This document shows, piece by piece, positions 19,952 through 31,100 of a stretch of 51,671 nucleotides of DNA (within the stretch, counting starts at the first letter, position 1; every line of letters begins with the position of its first letter). Both the position numbers and the translations under genes were made by a program. Origin of the DNA: Pseudomonadota bacterium (GTDB lineage: Bacteria > Pseudomonadota > Gammaproteobacteria > Ga0077536); the NCBI GenBank assembly GCA_043782755.1, contig JAYWAC010000010.1, positions 1 to 51,671 of the forward strand, in the 5' to 3' direction. The notes beneath the pieces were generated by a model. It saw only the letters and a program-made list of their open reading frames with translations, made no database searches and had not been told where the DNA came from.

Positions 19952-20763
19952 GCGCGATTCAGGAAGTAGGTGAACATCATGTCGGTCAACACGATGTAGG
20001 AAATCGACAGCACCACCGCGCGGGTCGTAGCGCGACCGAGTCCCTCGGCGCCGCCCGCGACAGAAAAGCCATTGCTGACGCCGACCAGCGCCACCACCAG
20101 CGCGAACACACCGCTCTTGGCCAAACCCTGCATGATGTCATCAACGCCGATGAAGTGGCTGGTCTGATCCCAGAACGCACGATAGCTCAAACCCAATTCG
20201 AGCTTGCAGAACACCGCGCCGCCAAACAGCGCGGCGAAATCGGCGAACAAGGCCATGAGCGGCATCATCACTAACATGGCGACCATCACCGGTGCGACCA
20301 GATAGCGCACCGGATTGATGCCCATCACGCGCAATGCGTCGATCTCCTGATTGATATTCATAGTGCCAATGCGCGCGGCCAGCGAGGAACCGCTGCGGCC
20401 GGCAACCAGAATGCCGGTCATGAGCGGACCAAACTCGCGCGTCACCGACAAGGCGATGCCGAGCACCACCTGAGTCTGGGCGCCGAATTGTTTCAAGGTA
20501 TGGATGCCCTGGATGGCGAGCATCACGCCGATGGCAAAAGACAGCATGAAGATGATCGGCAGACCGGCGAGACCGATCTCGACCATCTGCTGCACGGCGG
20601 CCGAGAAACGCACCGGCTGCCGGCGTAGCGTGCCCCAGCCCAGCCAGTAGATACATTCGATACAGAGCGCGAGGTAGTAGCCGAACTCCTCGACCAGGCA
20701 GACGCAGATCTGGCCGAGACGTTCGAGCGCGTCGACGAATGGGCGCTGCCCGCCGTCAGCCAT
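19948..20763 (-). CDS. MlaE-family ABC permease
   Basis: REFGPLMTGILVAGRSGS..AA.IGTM...EIDALRVMGINP.RYLV.P and GLGRATTRAVV. Start ATG 20763 overlaps the STAS stop by 8 bp. Confidence 0.92.
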   Translation of the reverse strand: MADGGQRPFVDALERLGQICVCLVEEFGYYLALCIECIYWLGWGTLRRQPVRFSAAVQQMVEIGLAGLPIIFMLSFAIGVMLAIQGIHTLKQFGAQTQVVLGIALSVTREFGPLMTGILVAGRSGSSLAARIGTMNINQEIDALRVMGINPVRYLVAPVMVAMLVMMPLMALFADFAALFGGAVFCKLELGLSYRAFWDQTSHFIGVDDIMQGLAKSGVFALVVALVGVSNGFSVAGGAEGLGRATTRAVVLSISYIVLTDMMFTYFLNRA

Positions 20764-21088
20764 CCGCCATGAGACGCGCGGCAAGATCGGCGTGGATGGG
20801 AAACACCTTATCGAGGCGCGCCAGTTCCAGCACACTCATGGCCGCCTCGCTGACACCGATCAGACCGAAGCGCAGCGCTTTCTTGCGCGCAGTCTGAAAG
20901 CCTTCCACCAGACTCGCCACGCCCGAGCTGTCGATATAAGACACGCCACTCAAATCGACCAGGGTGTGCTGGCCCTTGGTGAGGCTGGCAAGAATGGTCT
21001 TGCGCGCGTCCGGAGAACAGGACAGATCGACATCGCCGCTCAGACGCACGATGGCGTAGCCGCTTTCCTGCTGAACTTGATAGGGCAT
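20756..21088 (-). CDS. STAS domain protein (RsbV/SpoIIAA anti-anti-sigma-like or MlaB-like)
   Basis: 110 aa; LSGDVD, VDLSGVSYIDSSGVASLV (phospho-acceptor Ser motif), VLELARLDKVF. Confidence 0.9.
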   Translation of the reverse strand: MPYQVQQESGYAIVRLSGDVDLSCSPDARKTILASLTKGQHTLVDLSGVSYIDSSGVASLVEGFQTARKKALRFGLIGVSEAAMSVLELARLDKVFPIHADLAARLMADG

Positions 21089-21135
21089 GCGTCAGGCGTC
21101 CTTGTAAGACTCGAACCAGGTCAGCAATGACATCA

Positions 21136-22830
21136 TCACCCCACTCCCCCATCCAGGCGCTTGCTCATGCGCAGGACATTGCCAGGTCGATCGGCGAGAT
21201 GCGCGTAGACGCAGCGGTCCATGATCTCGTTCATGAAATGAGTGCCCAGACCGCCGGGCCGCACATCCTCGAACGCGCGGCCCCGGATACTGTCGAGGTC
21301 GATGGGCGCGGCGAAGTCAGTCAATACGACTTCGATCTCGTTTTCATTATTATGGATCTCCAACACGATTTCACCCGAGCTATCACGCCGGTAGGCATGC
21401 TCGATGATGTTCATGCAGGCCTCGTTGATCGCGATCACGAGCGCCTTGATGAGCTTATCGGGCCAGCCGCGCGCGCGACCCGCCTGGTGCACCTGTTCGC
21501 GCATGCTCTTCAACTGCGCGGCGTCGGCTGTGAAGCGCAACGTCAATATCCTTGTCGTCAACGCCGCCGCGCGCGGCAACTCGATGAGCATGAGCGTGAT
21601 GTCGTCGTGAGAGCGGTAACCTGCCGCGCGCCAGGCACCGACCACCGCCTCCAAACGACGATCGGCGGGCACCGCACTGGCGGCGGCCAGCATCTGCGTG
21701 AGTCCACGCGCGCCGAGTTCGGCGCCCATCGGCGAAACACTCTCGCTGATACCGTCGGTGTAGAGATACAGCGCGCCGCCATCGAGATCTATCTCCTCGG
21801 CCGGGAAATCCATATCGGCCAATACACCGAGTGGTGGCGCGCCTGCGGCAAACTCGACAATGCTGCCATCCGGTCGACGCAGAAGGGCAGGATGATGCCC
21901 ACCATTGGCGAGTTCGAGTCGACCGCTGCTTGGATCGAGATAACCGGCAATGAGGGTCACAAACATGCCGAGCGTGCTGCGCTCGCAGATCTCATCGTTG
22001 ACCTGTCGCAGCAAGGCACTGGCACTGCTGGCGCTCTTGGCCAGGCAGCGCAACAGACTGGTGGTCTTGGCCATCAAGAGCGCGGCATTCATGCCCTTGC
22101 CCGCGACGTCGGCCAGCGCGAAGTAGATGCGCCCATCGGCGAGCGGCATGAAATCATAGAAATCACCGGACACTTCGCGTGCCGGAATATTCATGCCATG
22201 CACCGCGAAGTCACTCGCCTCGCCAGCGGGCAAAAGGCTTTCCTGAATCTGGCGCGCGAGTTCGAGCTCCTTGCGCACGCGCTCCTGTTCGACCAGGGCG
22301 GTGGCCATGCGCGCGTTATGAATGGCCAACGCGGCGGCCGCTGCAACGATGCTCGCGAGTTGCAGGTCATTGAGTTCAAACAGACCATCGCCGCCGCGCT
22401 TGTTGAGCAGTTCGAGTGCGCCCAGGCAACGACCGCGCACCGCGAGCGGCACGCACAGGATGGAACGGGTGGCGAAACCAGTGTCGGCATCGACCATCGC
22501 CGCGAAACTCGCATCGCACGACACATCGCGCACGATGCGCGGCGCGTTCCGCGCCACGGTCTGACCGACGATGCCCTGTCCCGCCGCAAGTCTGAGCCCG
22601 CGAATGTTGACCGGGCCCGCACATTCGCGACAGACCAAGGCTTGGTCGTCGTCTTCAAGCAGGAAAATCGACGCCGCTTCGGCATCGAGATGCACCATGA
22701 AGCGATCGATGGCGTTCTTGAGAGTCTCGCCGATGTCGAGCGAGCTGGCGAAATCCTGGGTCAGTTCGGCGAGAAAACTGGCGGCTAGCTCCGGCACCTC
22801 ATCCAGCATGGCCGGCACCGCCTCACTCAT
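21136..22830 (-). CDS. GAF + SpoIIE (RsbU-like) phosphatase + RsbW-like HATPase kinase fusion
   Basis: GAF (GQGIVG, D..TGF.TRSILCVPL, LELLNK); SpoIIE (SGDFYD, ADVAGKG, YTDG, DDIT); HATPase (NEACMNIIEHAY, GGLG). ATG 22830 overlaps the DUF1841 stop (ATGA). Confidence 0.9.
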   Translation of the reverse strand: MSEAVPAMLDEVPELAASFLAELTQDFASSLDIGETLKNAIDRFMVHLDAEAASIFLLEDDDQALVCRECAGPVNIRGLRLAAGQGIVGQTVARNAPRIVRDVSCDASFAAMVDADTGFATRSILCVPLAVRGRCLGALELLNKRGGDGLFELNDLQLASIVAAAAALAIHNARMATALVEQERVRKELELARQIQESLLPAGEASDFAVHGMNIPAREVSGDFYDFMPLADGRIYFALADVAGKGMNAALLMAKTTSLLRCLAKSASSASALLRQVNDEICERSTLGMFVTLIAGYLDPSSGRLELANGGHHPALLRRPDGSIVEFAAGAPPLGVLADMDFPAEEIDLDGGALYLYTDGISESVSPMGAELGARGLTQMLAAASAVPADRRLEAVVGAWRAAGYRSHDDITLMLIELPRAAALTTRILTLRFTADAAQLKSMREQVHQAGRARGWPDKLIKALVIAINEACMNIIEHAYRRDSSGEIVLEIHNNENEIEVVLTDFAAPIDLDSIRGRAFEDVRPGGLGTHFMNEIMDRCVYAHLADRPGNVLRMSKRLDGGVG

Positions 22831-23252
22831 CGCAACAGCGCGCGCAGACGCGCGAGATAGCCCTGTTCGTCGGGCATGACGCTGTGCTGATTGGCGCTCC
22901 ACAACACCGCAGCGAGATGTTCCATGATGCGATGCTCGAGACCATGCACATCCTGGCTTTCCTGTACCACCAGCTGTTTATAGAGCGCCATGATGCCGGG
23001 CGGCCTGTCGGTCTGTAGTTGCTCGATGAGAGCGACATGCAGGCCCATATGCAGGAAGGGATTGGTATCGCCTGCAGCAAAGTCGCGTTCTAGCGCACGC
23101 TCGCCCTGGCCAAGCACGCGGTGATATTCAGGATGGGCGCGGATGACTTCAGCAAGCAGGGTCTCGAGAGGTGTAAGCGCCTCGCTGCGGGCGATCTTCT
23201 CCCACACCGCGAAAAAGAATTGTCGAGACTGGTCGCGTGATTCGACGAACAT
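22827..23252 (-). CDS. DUF1841 family protein
   Basis: SRDQ.RQFF...W, HPEYH and NPFLHMGLH..L.EQ..DRP.GI, recognised from memory of the family. Confidence 0.75.
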   Translation of the reverse strand: MFVESRDQSRQFFFAVWEKIARSEALTPLETLLAEVIRAHPEYHRVLGQGERALERDFAAGDTNPFLHMGLHVALIEQLQTDRPPGIMALYKQLVVQESQDVHGLEHRIMEHLAAVLWSANQHSVMPDEQGYLARLRALLR

Positions 23253-23289
23253 AACGGCACTTTAGCAGCGCGACGAGTGCCGCGCGAAT

Positions 23290-23934
23290 TCAATCGCCGA
23301 GATAATGGCGCTTATCGCGCCACTCGCACAGATCGGCCACCACGCATTGCCCGCAACGGGGATTGCGCGCGGTGCAGACATAACGGCCATGCAGAATCAG
23401 CCAATGATGGGCGTGTAGCTGAAATTCGCGAGGCACGGCGCGCAGCAGTCCTTGCTCGACCGCGAGTGGCGTCTTGCCCGGCGCGAGCTTAGTGCGGTTG
23501 CCGACCCGAAAGATGTGAGTGTCGACGGCGATGGTCGGTTCGCCAAAGACGACGTTCAAGACCACATTGGCGGTCTTACGCCCGACGCCTGGCAGGGCTT
23601 CCAACGCGTCGCGCTCGCGCGGCACTTCGCCGCCATGATTGTCGAGCAGAATGCGACAGGTCTTGATGACATTCTCGGCCTTGGTATTGAACAGGCCGAT
23701 GTTGCGGATATGGTTCTTCACGCCCGCCACGCCGAGGGCCAGCACGGACTTCGCATCGGGCGCGACTTTGTACAGCGTGACGGTCGCCTTGTTGACGCTA
23801 ACGTCGGTCGCCTGCGCCGACAGGATCACGGCGATCAGCAATTGAAACGGTGTGTCGTACTTAAGTTCGGTGGTCGGTGCCGGGTCGCGCGCCGCCAGGC
23901 GCCGAAAGAATTCGGCTTTGTTAACCTTGTTCAC
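23290..23934 (-). CDS. nth: Endonuclease III
   Basis: [24 protein letters not shown], and 4Fe-4S C-X6-C-X2-C-X5-C. Confidence 0.97.
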   Translation of the reverse strand: MNKVNKAEFFRRLAARDPAPTTELKYDTPFQLLIAVILSAQATDVSVNKATVTLYKVAPDAKSVLALGVAGVKNHIRNIGLFNTKAENVIKTCRILLDNHGGEVPRERDALEALPGVGRKTANVVLNVVFGEPTIAVDTHIFRVGNRTKLAPGKTPLAVEQGLLRAVPREFQLHAHHWLILHGRYVCTARNPRCGQCVVADLCEWRDKRHYLGD

Positions 23935-24512
23935 GGCGCACCGTGTTTTCGTGCGACCGCCGCCAGCACCGCCGCCCGCAACCGCTCCGCTTCGGATTCC
24001 ACTTCAATCAGCAGCGGTGCGCGCCGCACGGTATGACGACCATCGAGCCGCGCAGTACGTCGTTCGTGGCGCGCGAGATTGTCGGCCGCGCTGGGCAGCG
24101 CCTGCGTAGTCTCGGGCAAGGCGATGCAATCAGTTGGACAGACCGGCACGCACAATCCGCAGCCGGTACACCAGGCAGTAAACACGCTGTGCATACGACC
24201 CGCCGCGCCAATGATGGCATCGACCGGACAGGCATCCAGACATTGTGTGCAGCCTATGCAATCGATCTCACGGATCTCGGCGACGCGCGCGGGCTCTTCA
24301 TCCAAGGGCGCCGAGGCGGCGTCTCGTTCCAGCAGCGCTGCCAGGCGCTGATGCGTCGTTTCACCACCGGGCGGACAGAGCGCAAGCGAGACACTCTCGT
24401 TGACCAAGGCCTCGGCATAGGGCCGGCAGCCCGCGTAACCGCAACGCCTACATTGGGTCTGAGGCAGCAGCGCGTCGACGGCGGCGATCAAGCCCAGCCT
24501 ATCCACCATCAC
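23931..24512 (-). CDS. rnfB: RnfB/RsxB-like iron-sulfur protein
   Basis: [43 protein letters not shown]; lacks the N-terminal TM of complex-associated RnfB. Confidence 0.8.
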   Translation of the reverse strand: MMVDRLGLIAAVDALLPQTQCRRCGYAGCRPYAEALVNESVSLALCPPGGETTHQRLAALLERDAASAPLDEEPARVAEIREIDCIGCTQCLDACPVDAIIGAAGRMHSVFTAWCTGCGLCVPVCPTDCIALPETTQALPSAADNLARHERRTARLDGRHTVRRAPLLIEVESEAERLRAAVLAAVARKHGAP

Positions 24513-24542
24513 CGCTGACTCAGGCCTGAGCGCACGAGACTT

Positions 24543-26585
24543 TTATTTCACCCGCTGGCCAGGCTCGGCACCGCTGTCGACATTCAACAGAAAGATGTCC
24601 GCACCACCGGGACCGGCCGCTAGCACCATGCCTTCCGAAATGCCGAAGCGCATCTTGCGCGGCGCGAGATTGACGACCATCACTACCTGGCGACCGATCA
24701 ATGCTTGCGGTGCATAGGCGGCCTTGATGCCGGCAAACACATTGCGCTGCTCGGTGCCGATGTCGAGGGTGAGTTGCACGAGTTTGTCGGCGCCCTCCAC
24801 GGCCTTGGCATCAACCACGCGCGCGATGCGCAGATCGACCTTGGCAAAATCATCGATGCTGATCAGGCCTTCGTCGACGGTCGCTTGCGCCGTGGCCGGC
24901 GCGGGTGTGGGCGCGGCGGCAGCTATCGGCTTGGCCGGCTGGCCGTCTTTACTCGCTTCTACCATGAGATTGATTTTCTCCCGGTCAACCCGCTGCATGA
25001 GGGGCTCGAATTTATTGATGCTGGCGCCTAGTGGCACCGTGTTCACATCCGACCAGCACAGTTCGCCGCCACCCAGAAAATCTTCGGCGCGACGCGCGGT
25101 GGCTGGCAGCACCGGTTTCAGATAAATGAGCAGGATGCGAAACAGGAAGATGCCCATGCTGCATACCGCCTGCAATTCGGTGTCACGCGTGGCGTCCTTC
25201 GCAATCACCCACGGCGCGCGCCGGTCGATGTACTGATTGGCGCGATCGGCGAGCGCCATGATGTCGCGCATCGCGCGGCTGTATTCACGCGCTTCATAGC
25301 AAGCCGCGAGCGGTTCGGCGGCGGCCTCAAGCTCGGCCAGCAAATCCGCATCGTCGAGTCTATCGGCGAGACGGCCATCGAAACGCTTGGTAATGAAGCC
25401 CGCGCAGCGACTCGCGATGTTGACGATTTTGCCGACCAGATCGGAATTGACCCTGAGCTCGAAGTCTTCAAGATTGAGATCGATGTCTTCGATGGCCGAA
25501 CCGAGTTTGGCCGCGAAGTAGTAGCGCAGATATTCTGGATTCAGATGATCGAGATAGGTGCGCGCGGTGATGAAGGTGCCGCGCGACTTCGACATCTTGA
25601 GCCCGTCGACGGTCAGAAAACCGTGCACGAAAACATTGCTCGGCAAACGGAAGCCGGCGCCATGCAGCATCGCCGGCCAGAACAATGTATGGAAATACAT
25701 GATGTCCTTGCCGATGAAGTGATAAAGCTCGGTCGTGCTCTCAGGGCCGACGAAGTGCTCGAAATCGAGACCGCTGCGTGCACACAGATGCTTGAAGCTC
25801 GCAAAGTAGCCGATAGGCGCATCCAGCCACACGTAGAAATACTTGCCCGGATGATCGGGGATCTCAAAGCCGAAGTAAGGCGCGTCGCGCGAGATGTCCC
25901 AGTCCTGCAAGCCGGTCTCGAACCATTCGTTTAGCTTGTTGACGATACCGCTCTGCAGGTCGTTATCCTTCAGCCACTGACGCAGCACCTGTTCAAAGGC
26001 GCCGAGGCGAAAGAACAAATGCTCGGACTCTTTGAGTTCCGGCGTCACACCGGACAAGGCCGAGACCGCGTCGATGAGATCGGTGGGCGCGTAAGTCGCG
26101 CCACATATTTCACAGGAGTCGCCGTACTGATCGGCGGACTTACAGCGCGGGCAGGTGCCGCGGATGAAACGGTCCGGCAGGAACATCTGCTTGATCGGGT
26201 CAAAGGCCTGACGAATGGCGCGTTTGGTGATGTAACCACCATCGCGCAGGCGCGTGTAGATGGTCTCGGCAATCGCGCGGTTTTCCGGCGAGTGGGTCGA
26301 ATAATAATTGTCAAAGTCCACGCCGAAATCGGCGAAGTCACGTTGATGAGCCGCGCCGATGCGCGCGATCAAATGTTCCGGCGTGACGCCCTCCTGCTCG
26401 GCGCGCAGCATGATGGGTGTGCCATGGGCGTCATCGGCGCACACGTAATGGCACTCGTTGCCGCGCAGCTTCTGAAAACGTACCCATATATCGGTCTGGA
26501 TGTATTCGACCAGATGGCCGATGTGTATCGGGCCGTTCGCATAGGGCAGGGCACTGGTGACCAGGATCTGGCGTGTGGCGGTCAT
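24543..26585 (-). CDS. metG: Methionyl-tRNA synthetase
   Basis: HIGH and KMSKS motifs, Zn knuckle, C-terminal tRNA-binding domain. Start ATG 26585 with GAGG RBS. Confidence 0.97.
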   Translation of the reverse strand: MTATRQILVTSALPYANGPIHIGHLVEYIQTDIWVRFQKLRGNECHYVCADDAHGTPIMLRAEQEGVTPEHLIARIGAAHQRDFADFGVDFDNYYSTHSPENRAIAETIYTRLRDGGYITKRAIRQAFDPIKQMFLPDRFIRGTCPRCKSADQYGDSCEICGATYAPTDLIDAVSALSGVTPELKESEHLFFRLGAFEQVLRQWLKDNDLQSGIVNKLNEWFETGLQDWDISRDAPYFGFEIPDHPGKYFYVWLDAPIGYFASFKHLCARSGLDFEHFVGPESTTELYHFIGKDIMYFHTLFWPAMLHGAGFRLPSNVFVHGFLTVDGLKMSKSRGTFITARTYLDHLNPEYLRYYFAAKLGSAIEDIDLNLEDFELRVNSDLVGKIVNIASRCAGFITKRFDGRLADRLDDADLLAELEAAAEPLAACYEAREYSRAMRDIMALADRANQYIDRRAPWVIAKDATRDTELQAVCSMGIFLFRILLIYLKPVLPATARRAEDFLGGGELCWSDVNTVPLGASINKFEPLMQRVDREKINLMVEASKDGQPAKPIAAAAPTPAPATAQATVDEGLISIDDFAKVDLRIARVVDAKAVEGADKLVQLTLDIGTEQRNVFAGIKAAYAPQALIGRQVVMVVNLAPRKMRFGISEGMVLAAGPGGADIFLLNVDSGAEPGQRVK

Positions 26586-26689
26586 AGCCTCTCGATTCAC
26601 GGGGGTAGGCCAGGAATTATAGGGAGCGACGACGGGCGCGGCCATTGAATTGGTGGTGTAGAATGCGAGCGTCCCGCGAAAGTACCGTC

Positions 26690-27772
26690 ATGAGCCACAC
26701 TGAAGAAAGCATTCGCGCCGCCCTCGGCGCCGATATCGACCCTTATCTCGGCCAGGACCTGGTCAAGGCTGGCGCGGTGCTGGCCATCGATGCAGGGGTC
26801 TCACCCGCACTCATCAAGATCGAACTCGGCTTCCCGGTCGCGCGCTATGCCGCCGAACTCGAAGCGCGTCTGCGCGAAGTGCTTGGTCGGGCGGGCATCA
26901 CCGCGAATTTCGAGATCAGCTCGAAAATCGTCGCCCGCGAAGTGCAGAAGGGCACCAAGCCCATGCCGCAGATCCGCAACATCATCGCCATTGCCTCGGG
27001 CAAGGGCGGTGTCGGCAAGTCCACCACCGCCGCCAATCTGGCCCTCGCACTTCAGCAGGAAGGCGGCAAGGTCGGCGTACTCGACGCCGATATCTACGGC
27101 CCGAGCCAGACCCGCATGTTGGCGAGCGGTGGTCGGCCCGAGAGCCGCGACGGCAAGTCCATGGAACCGCGCGTTAGCTACGGCTTGCAGACCATCTCCA
27201 TCGGCAATCTGATCGAAGAAGACACGCCCATGATCTGGCGTGGCCCGATGGTCACTGGCGCGTTGGAACAGCTGCTGACCGACACCAACTGGCATGACCT
27301 CGACTACCTGGTCATCGATCTTCCGCCTGGCACCGGTGATATCCAGCTCACGCTGTGTCAGAAGATTCCGGTCTCGGGCGCGGTCATAGTGACCACGCCC
27401 CAGGACATTGCCCTGCTCGACGCGCGCAAGGCGCTCAAGATGTTCGAGAAGGTTAATGTGCCGGTGCTCGGCATCGTCGAGAACATGAGCGTGCATATCT
27501 GCACTAACTGCGGCCATGCCGAGCATATCTTCGGCTCAGGTGGTGGCCAGTCGATGGCGACTCAGTATGGCGTCGATCTGATCGGCTCGCTGCCACTCGA
27601 TATCTCGATCCGCGAAGGTGTGGACAATGGTCGGCCGACGGTTGCCATCGCGCCGGACTCGGCGATCTCGGCGATGTACCGGGAAATCGCGCGGCGCATC
27701 GCCGCCAAGCTCGCCATGCGGGCCCGCGACTTCTCGGCCAAGTTCCCCAAGATTGTCATTCAGAACACTTAA
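26690..27772 (+). CDS. apbC: Mrp/ApbC Fe-S cluster carrier ATPase
   Basis: [34 protein letters not shown]; divergent from metG as usual. Confidence 0.93.
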   Translation: MSHTEESIRAALGADIDPYLGQDLVKAGAVLAIDAGVSPALIKIELGFPVARYAAELEARLREVLGRAGITANFEISSKIVAREVQKGTKPMPQIRNIIAIASGKGGVGKSTTAANLALALQQEGGKVGVLDADIYGPSQTRMLASGGRPESRDGKSMEPRVSYGLQTISIGNLIEEDTPMIWRGPMVTGALEQLLTDTNWHDLDYLVIDLPPGTGDIQLTLCQKIPVSGAVIVTTPQDIALLDARKALKMFEKVNVPVLGIVENMSVHICTNCGHAEHIFGSGGGQSMATQYGVDLIGSLPLDISIREGVDNGRPTVAIAPDSAISAMYREIARRIAAKLAMRARDFSAKFPKIVIQNT

Positions 27773-27803
27773 AAGCGCGGCGCGCGAGCGGAGACTTAAG
27801 GCT

Positions 27804-28370
27804 ATGCCGGTCAAATCGGATGCCTGGATCAGGCGCATGGCACAGTCCCATGGGCTGATCGAACCTTTCGAGCCCCAGCAGGTACGCGAAGTGAACGGCG
27901 AGAAGGTGATTTCTTTCGGCACTTCGAGCTATGGCTACGACATACGCTGCGCGCCCGAATTCAAGATCTTCACCAACATCAACGCCACTATCGTCGATCC
28001 GAAGAACTTCGATTCGGGCAGCTTCGTAGATATACACAGCGATGTGTGCGTGATTCCGCCCAACTCCTTCGCGCTTGCGCGCACGGTCGAATTCTTCCGC
28101 ATTCCGCGCGACATCTTGACCATCTGCCTCGGCAAGTCGACCTATGCGCGCTGCGGCATCATCGTCAACGTCACGCCATTGGAACCCGAATGGGAAGGCC
28201 ATGTGACCTTGGAGTTCTCCAATACCACGCCGCTGCCGGCCAGGATCTACGCCAACGAAGGCGTCGCCCAAGTCATATTTCTGCAGTCCGACGAATCCTG
28301 TGAAGTGTCTTACCGCGATCGCGGTGGCAAGTATCAGGGCCAGTTGGGCGTTACCCTGCCGAGGGCCTAA
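27804..28370 (+). CDS. dcd: dCTP deaminase
   Basis: [30 protein letters not shown]; start ATG 27804 gives 188 aa. Confidence 0.95.
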   Translation: MPVKSDAWIRRMAQSHGLIEPFEPQQVREVNGEKVISFGTSSYGYDIRCAPEFKIFTNINATIVDPKNFDSGSFVDIHSDVCVIPPNSFALARTVEFFRIPRDILTICLGKSTYARCGIIVNVTPLEPEWEGHVTLEFSNTTPLPARIYANEGVAQVIFLQSDESCEVSYRDRGGKYQGQLGVTLPRA

Positions 28371-28373
28371 CGC

Positions 28374-28967
28374 TCAATCCTGACGGGCCTGACCACCGCG
28401 CTCCTGGCGCAGCATCTGGGCTTGTTTGCGCAGGGCGTGGCTGATCAAGGCATCCCTGTCCTCTTCGCGCAGGGCATCGAACTCGATACCTATCGAATAT
28501 TCCGCACCACGCTTGCGCACATCGGTCACGCGGCCGACAGCCCGTAGCGTGTAATTGCCCGGTAGCAGCACCAAATCGATCGCAAGCCAGGTCTTGGCGG
28601 GCAGCGCTGCGTCGGCGCGCATGGCCAGTCCGCCACCACTCAAGTTGACTGTGCTTAGGTGCTGTTCGCGATGGTCAATACTCGCAGCGGCGCCATGGTC
28701 AAGTGCCAACACGTCCGCCAACAGGCTGAGCTTACGATTGATGAGTTCGATAGCGTCGGCCACCACCCGACTCTCGCGCCGCAGTGCCGGTGTGAGTTCG
28801 GTCAGATGCGCGTCCAGCGGTTCGAGATGTGCGCGCAGCTTGTCGGCCTGCAGACTATGGTGAGCGATGTGCGTGCGCGCCGCTTCGAGATCAGGCTCAG
28901 CGACCACGCAGTATCTGATCAACGCCGTGTCGTCGATGCGGAAATAGCGTCGCCTCTCGGTCCTCAT
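28374..28967 (-). CDS. PilZ domain (c-di-GMP-binding) protein
   Basis: ERRRYFR (RxxxR) and NLSGGG (D/NxSxxG) motifs separated by a coiled coil. Confidence 0.8.
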   Translation of the reverse strand: MRTERRRYFRIDDTALIRYCVVAEPDLEAARTHIAHHSLQADKLRAHLEPLDAHLTELTPALRRESRVVADAIELINRKLSLLADVLALDHGAAASIDHREQHLSTVNLSGGGLAMRADAALPAKTWLAIDLVLLPGNYTLRAVGRVTDVRKRGAEYSIGIEFDALREEDRDALISHALRKQAQMLRQERGGQARQD

Positions 28968-29098
28968 CTATTGCCCTCGTGGTGTTCGTCCGCGCAATCG
29001 TCGCACATTGCACCATGACCTTGAACGTAAGCCAGTGAAGAGTCGCGCTGCTATACTGCCACGACCTTCATTAGCTCGCTGATCACGCCAACATCGCG

Positions 29099-30514
29099 AT
29101 GGATTTTCTGCCCATCTTTCTCACTCTGCGCGAGCGCCGTTGTGTGGTGGTGGGTGGCGGCCATATCGCCGAGCGTAAACTTGCCCTGCTGTTGCGCGCT
29201 GGAGCCATTGTCGACGTCGTAGCGCCGCACTTGAGTGAAGAACTTGTGCGCCTCGCCGCAGACGGCAAAATCACCGCCCATCAACGGGATTTCCTCCTCT
29301 CCGACGTACAGGGTGCGGCACTTGTGATCGCCGCCACCGACGTGCCGTCGATCAACGAACAGGTGGCTGCAGCGGCCGAAGCGGCGGGTGTATTGGTCAA
29401 TGTCGTTGACCAACCCGGCGTCGGTAACGTCATCATGCCCTCCATCGTCGATCGCTCACCGGTAGTGATCGCGATAGGCACCGGCGGCAACGCGCCGGTG
29501 CTGGCGCGCATGCTGCGCGCGAAACTGGAATCGCTTATCCCGCAGGCCTATGGCGAACTCGCGAGCCTACTCGGCAGTCTGCGCGAACGAGTGCGCGCGG
29601 CCGTGCCCGACGGCGTGGCGCGACGTCGTTTCTGGGAACGGACACTGGATGGTCCCGCTGCAGAAATGATTTTTGCCGGACGGCGGGCCGATGCCCTGGC
29701 CAGTATCGAACGCGGCCTGGCCATGGTCGGTCAGGAGCATGCGCCGCAAGGCGAGGTCTATTTGATCGGCACCGGTCCTGGCGATCCCGACTTGCTGACC
29801 TTCCGCGCATTACGCCTCATGCAGAACGCCGATGTGGTGGTCTATGACCGTCTGGTCGGCGATACCATTGTCGATCTCAGTCGTCGCGACGCCGAGCGCA
29901 TCTATGTTGGCAAATCACGCGACCGTCATGCTCTGCCTCAGGAAGAAATCAACCAATTGCTGGTGCGCTTGGCGCGTGCCGGCAAACGCGCGGCGCGCCT
30001 GAAAGGCGGCGACCCTTTCGTGTTCGGCCGGGGCGGCGAAGAAATCGAGGAACTGGCCGCAGCCGGCGTGCCTTTTCAGGTCGTGCCCGGCATCACCGCC
30101 GCGCTCGGCTGCGCGGCCTATGCCGGCATTCCGCTCACTCATCGCGATCTGGCCCACAGTTGTGCGTTCGTCACTGGCCATCATCGTGAGGACGGCGGTG
30201 AACCGGACTGGGCGGGCTTAGTCCGCCCGCACCAGACTCTGGTGTTCTATATGGGTGCGGCCAGTCTGGCCAGAATTTGCGAGCGATTGATAGCAGCGGG
30301 TATGGAGAGTGAGACGCCGGCGGCGGTGGTCGAGCGCGGCACGACGCTCGCACAGCGGGTCGTGAGCGGTACGGTCACGAGTCTGCCGGCCCTGGTTGCG
30401 GCGGCCGATTGCAAGCCGCCGCTGTTGATCATCGTGGGCGCGGTGGTCGGCTTGCGCGATCGTCTCAAATGGTTCGAGCAGGCCGTGACGCTCAGGCCTT
30501 GGGGTCGAACTTGA
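29099..30514 (+). CDS. cysG: Siroheme synthase
   Basis: VVGGG.IA.RK dehydrogenase part; GTGPGDPDLLT and RLKGGDPFVFGRGGEE methyltransferase part. Confidence 0.95.
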   Translation: MDFLPIFLTLRERRCVVVGGGHIAERKLALLLRAGAIVDVVAPHLSEELVRLAADGKITAHQRDFLLSDVQGAALVIAATDVPSINEQVAAAAEAAGVLVNVVDQPGVGNVIMPSIVDRSPVVIAIGTGGNAPVLARMLRAKLESLIPQAYGELASLLGSLRERVRAAVPDGVARRRFWERTLDGPAAEMIFAGRRADALASIERGLAMVGQEHAPQGEVYLIGTGPGDPDLLTFRALRLMQNADVVVYDRLVGDTIVDLSRRDAERIYVGKSRDRHALPQEEINQLLVRLARAGKRAARLKGGDPFVFGRGGEEIEELAAAGVPFQVVPGITAALGCAAYAGIPLTHRDLAHSCAFVTGHHREDGGEPDWAGLVRPHQTLVFYMGAASLARICERLIAAGMESETPAAVVERGTTLAQRVVSGTVTSLPALVAAADCKPPLLIIVGAVVGLRDRLKWFEQAVTLRPWGRT

Positions 30515-30887
30515 GCGACACCGAGTTGATGCAGTAACGCTTGTTGGTCGGGCGTGGGCCATCGTCGAAGACATGGCCCAGATGAGCTTCGCAAGCCGCA
30601 CACACGACTTCCGTTCGAACCATGCCGTGGCTGGCATCGCTGCGTAACAGCAAACGGCCTTCGTCCACACCCTGCCAGAAACTCGGCCAGCCGGAGCCCG
30701 AATCGAATTTGTGTTCGGAGCTGAACAACTCGGCGTCACAACACACGCAGCGATAGATGCCGTCGTCCTTGAGGTTGTAGTAACGGCCGCTGAAGGGCGG
30801 CTCGGTGCCCTGTTGACGACATACCGCAAATGTTTCGGGCGACAGGATCTGGCGCCATTGCTGATCGGTCTTGGTGGTTTTGCTCAT
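30492..30887 (-). CDS. msrB: Peptide methionine-R-sulfoxide reductase
   Basis: GTEPPFSG, KFDSGSGWPSF, HLGHVF.DGP, RYCINS. Confidence 0.96.
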   Translation of the reverse strand: MSKTTKTDQQWRQILSPETFAVCRQQGTEPPFSGRYYNLKDDGIYRCVCCDAELFSSEHKFDSGSGWPSFWQGVDEGRLLLRSDASHGMVRTEVVCAACEAHLGHVFDDGPRPTNKRYCINSVSLKFDPKA

Positions 30888-31100
30888 GATGATACCTGCC
30901 TGCTGATGGTTGGCACCGGCGACTCACGACTTCATTCCGAACGCGAGCGCGCTGGGGTCGGAAGCCGTTCCCGGTCCCGGGCATAGGCGCTATGATAGGA
31001 CCGTTCTTGGCTCAAAAAAATAAAGATTCCGCCGCGCCTGCCGCCAAGGAGTCTGCGCCGCCCAGTTCGCCGCACAGTACCGCCAGTCAGGAGAAGTCAT

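Noticed and set aside
21127-22788. 553-aa plus-strand ORF
   Set aside because: Antisense shadow of the well-supported GAF-SpoIIE-HATPase gene, with no recognisable motifs; long shadow ORFs are expected in high-GC DNA.
23931-24512. rnfB without the other rnf genes as a novelty
   Set aside because: Stand-alone rnfB beside nth and metG is a familiar arrangement in several proteobacteria.
30492-30514. 23-bp convergent overlap of cysG and msrB
   Set aside because: Short 3' overlaps are common and both genes look intact.
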